Source of the DNA: Pecten maximus | Lineage: Eukaryota | Direction of reading: 5' to 3' | Length of the DNA: 64,000 nucleotides | NCBI RefSeq assembly: GCF_902652985.1 | Contig: NC_047025.1 | Location: forward strand, 17,608,001 to 17,672,000 | Shown: positions 60,601 to 64,000 of the stretch, piece by piece | How positions within the stretch are numbered: the stretch's first letter is position 1 | Layout of the letters: each line of letters opens with the position of its first letter | Notes under the pieces: model-generated | Told to the model about the DNA's origin: nothing | The model's input: the letters and a program-made list of their open reading frames with translations, nothing else | The model's database searches: none | Translations under genes and position numbers: made by a program

Positions 60601-63084
60601 CAGGAACAGCTACAGCAGAGAGGGGACGAGATTAATGCTATGTTGATAGAGAAACACAAAGAGGAGGTAAGCAGTGGATATCACAGTATTGTCCTTATAA
60701 CCTTACCGAGATATCATAGTATTGTCCTTATGACCTTACCTGGATATCACAATATTGTCCTTATAACCTTACCTGGATATCACAGTATTGTCCTTATAAC
60801 CTTACCTGGATATCACAGTATTGTCCTTATAACCTTACCTGGATATCACAGTATTGTCCTTATAACCTTACCTGGATATCACAGTATTGTCCTTATAACC
60901 TTACCTGGATATCACAGTATTGTCCTTATAACCTTACCTGGATATCACAGTATTGTCCTTATAACCTTATCTGGATATCACAGTATTGTCCTTATAACCT
61001 TACCTGGATATCACAGTATTGTCCTTATAACCTTACCTGGATATCACAGTATTGTCCTTATGACCTTACCTGGATATCACAGTATTGTCCTTATGACCTT
61101 ACCTGGATATCACAGTATTGTCCTTATGACCTTACCTGGATATCACAGTATTGTCCTTATGACCTTACCTGGATATCACAGTATTGTCCTTATGACCTTA
61201 CCTGGATATCACAGTATTGTCCTTATGACCTTACCTGGATATCACAGTATTGTCCTTATGACATTACCTGGATATCACAGTATTGTCCTTATGACCTTAC
61301 CTGGATATCACAGTATTGTCCTTATGACCTTACCTGGATATCACAGTATTGTCCTTATGACCTTACCTGGATATCACAGTATTGTCCTTATAACCTTACC
61401 TGGATATCACAGTATTGTCCTTATAACCTTACCTGGATATCACAGTATTGTCCTTATAACCTTACCTGGATATCACAGTATTGTCCTTATAACCTTACCT
61501 GGATATCACAGTATTGTCCTTATAACCTTACCTGGATATCACAGTATTGTCCTTATGACCTTACCTGGATATCACAGTATTGTCCTTATAACCTTACCTG
61601 GATATCACAGTATTGTCCTTATAACCTTACCTGGATATCACAGTATTGTCCTTATAACCTTACCTGGATATCACAGTATTGTCCTTATAACCTTACCTGG
61701 ATATCACAGTATTGTCCTTATAACCTTACTTGGATATCACAGTATTGTCCTTATAACATTACATGAATATCACAGTATTGCCCTTATGACCTTACCTGGA
61801 TATCACAGTATTGTCCTTATGACCTTACCTGGATATCACAGTATTGTCCTTATATGACCTTACCTGGATATCACAGTATTGTCCTTATATGACCTTACCT
61901 GGATATCACAATATTGTCCTTATGATATTACCTGGATATCACAGTATTGTCCTTATGACATTACCTGGATATCACTGTATTGTCCTTATAACCTTACCTG
62001 GATATAACAGTATTGACCTTATAACCTTACCTGGATATGAACAGACTATACATTATATTGTAGCTATAGAAATAATTCACTCACATTCATACAGTGAAAC
62101 CTGACTTTGTGAGTCAATGTGTCAGATATGACAGTGTGTCAGTAAACTGAGTAAAGTCAGTGTTGGCAATGACATTGGAGCAGCATGTCACCATTCTGGT
62201 AGGGCTGTAACGATATATCAATACTACGATAAATGTCGTCGTACAAAACCGCGATACGATACACGATACGTAAACTTAGTATCGCGATACCTTAAATTAC
62301 TTACTATAAACGAGTTGTCGCCCTTTGCGCGCTCTCTAAACCTACTACAAAAAGCAACATGGCCGAGAGGAGGAAACTTGCCTCACCACCTGCAACATTG
62401 AAGTCGCCCGTTTGGTGACAATTTGGATTCCCATACGAAACAGTTGACGGGAAAGAAACAGTAAACAAACATGTTTAAAGATCTAAACAAATTTAAACAT
62501 TAAATTCTGGAAAGCAAAAATTATCTTATTGTTTTGTAATTTTGTGAAATCATTTTATGTATCGAGATACATATCGTATCGTGGGTCCTGTATCGAGATG
62601 CGTATCGTATCGTGAGGGAAAGTATTGTTACAGCCCTACATTCTGGTGGATATATGATATGATATGATAAATAATGGATGCAGGCAATATGCCTCTATAT
62701 CCATATCTCAATTATTCAATTAAAATGTTAGCGTTTCTTCTGGATGTTGTGTTATAACCCGCCAAATGGTTGTATTTCAAATCAAGGTCCTTCCAGTGGA
62801 TATCAAGGTTGATTTCAAAGTCTTTAATTGTTGGAGAAACAACAACACGTTCGGGAAGACTGTTCCAGATGTCCTCAATTCTAAAACATTCTATGGTTGG
62901 ATGTTACAGGATGTCATTAAAGTCAGGGGTCAGTAAAGTCAGGTTTCACTGTGTATATCAACAATTTAAATGATGTTATTGATCACCATTTTTATACACA
63001 ATATATTATATGTACAGTACTCAAATAAAAAATTGTAAATAAGAATAATTACATACACAGACTCCAGCCAAGAAGGATCCTGAG
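57677..63084 (+). CDS. Unidentified coiled-coil protein, 5' part only (continues beyond the window)
   Basis: Exon 57677-57838 (MSHDKNEDD...EIARENKALKATIAEYE, donor GTAAGG); exon 60532-60666 (KEKEKCKEIHAIAEESQTRLKQMQEQLQQR...EKHKEE, donor GTAAGC); possible 24-nt microexon 63061-63084 (TPAKKDPE). All phase 0, E/K/Q-rich heptad-like sequence. Confidence 0.65.
59612..59780. repeat. 41-bp tandem repeat (4 copies)
   Basis: CTATTGAAATGTGTGGTACTTCTGATTGAAAGGTGATAAAA. Confidence 0.9.
60675..62038. repeat. 33-bp minisatellite (~41 copies), intronic
   Basis: TGGATATCACAGTATTGTCCTTAT(A/G)ACCTTACC; starts ~8 nt after the donor at 60667. Confidence 0.97.
62200..62638 (+). mobile_element. Internally deleted hAT transposon with a perfect 8-bp TSD
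   Basis: TIR TAGGGCTGTAAC...GTTACAGCCCTA; TSD CATTCTGG on both sides; remnant MAERRKLASPPATLKSPVW*QFGF from 62359 resembles a BED-finger transposase start. Confidence 0.9.
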
Positions 63085-63089
63085 GTAGG

Positions 63090-63407
63090 CTTGTCTGTTG
63101 GTTGTAAACCCTGTACCTAATTTGTGAGAGTGATGTGGTTTGATACTGTTGTACTGGACACTATTTAGACTTGTCTGTTGGTTGTAAACCCTGTACCTAA
63201 TTTGTTAGAGTGATGTTGTTTGATACTGTTGTACTGGACACTATTTAGACTTGTCTGTTGGTTGTAAACCCTGTACCTAATTTGTTAGAGTGATGTTGTT
63301 TGATACTGTTGTACTGGACACTATTTAGACTTGTCTGTTGGTTGTAAACCCTGTACCTAATTTGTTAGAGTGATGTTGTTTGATACTGTTGTACTGGACA
63401 CTATTTA
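63090..63407. repeat. 80-bp tandem repeat (4 copies)
   Basis: CTTGTCTGTTGGTTGTAAACCCTGTACCTAATTTGTTAGAGTGATG...CACTATTTAGA. Confidence 0.92.
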
Positions 63408-63488
63408 ATTAATCTTCCTTGTTACCATGTCTGTTGACTAACTATACCCTCTGTCACATTGAGGTGTGAAAGTGTACAACATTGTAAT

Positions 63489-64000
63489 TACAGTCAAACT
63501 TCGATGTTTCGAAGTTCAAGGGACTTGCAGAAAAACTTCGATACAGCGGGACTTCGAAATATTCATGGTTGACAATAGGTCGACTTTTTTGATAATGACC
63601 ATAAATCTTATATAGCTGTTACATGTCCTCGATGTCGTAGTGTCGATCGTCCCCTGTCAGACTCATATTGAAACGTTAAGTTGATTTACTTCAAACACAA
63701 CAAAATAAAAGATACTTTTCATTCATTCATAAAGCATTTTATTAATTAAATGAGTATCATTTTTACAAAACAATTAGATATATCACATTTTAGCAAAACA
63801 GAGAAGTACAAGGCACACTTACGTTAACGTTTTCCCCCTGATGAAGACACATTGTGTTTACGTTATACGAGCATATAAAATGCGGAATACCGACCGCGAC
63901 CATATACATACGAAACGAAAAATCAATATGAAGGCACTAACACCCTTGCACTTTTTCATAATAAACTGAAAACATCGCTAATTGTTTGTGTTTAAAATCG
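63489..64000. mobile_element. Probable left end of a Tc1/mariner (pogo/Tigger-like) element
   Basis: TA-CAGTCAAACTTCGATGTTTCGAA start with TTCGA subterminal repeats; the other end is not in the window. Confidence 0.45.

Noticed and set aside
60502-61857. 451-aa ORF with (LPGYHSIVLIT)n
   Set aside because: A real 135-nt exon followed by read-through into a 33-bp intronic minisatellite; a strong GTAAGC donor at 60667 precedes the repeat.

Overview
AT-rich, intron-rich animal genomic DNA. The repeat families suggest a bivalve mollusc (inference). Five protein-coding genes were assembled by hand from GT-AG exon chains with consistent phase. (1) Casein kinase II alpha, + strand, 1809-15752, 12 coding exons. 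(2) CFAP20, + strand, 28105-30112. (3) A 13-exon, 587-aa gene on + at 36711-46649, mostly missed by the ORF track, whose spliced product carries the nucleotidyltransferase motifs of a T4 Rnl1/fungal Trl1-type ATP-dependent RNA ligase with no healing domains. (4) PSMD7/Rpn8, - strand, 57294-49770. (5) The 5' part of an unidentified coiled-coil gene, + strand, from 57677, head-to-head with PSMD7. One CK2alpha intron holds five copies of a ~128-nt two-hairpin box H/ACA snoRNA with compensatory base changes. The rest is LINE remnants, SINEs, hAT and other MITEs, Helentron/HINE-like elements and many minisatellites. Best leads: the stand-alone RNA ligase gene, the polycistronic intronic H/ACA snoRNA cluster, and CK2alpha-CFAP20 microsynteny matching the human CSNK2A2-CFAP20 pair. 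All coordinates were counted by eye and no database searches were run.
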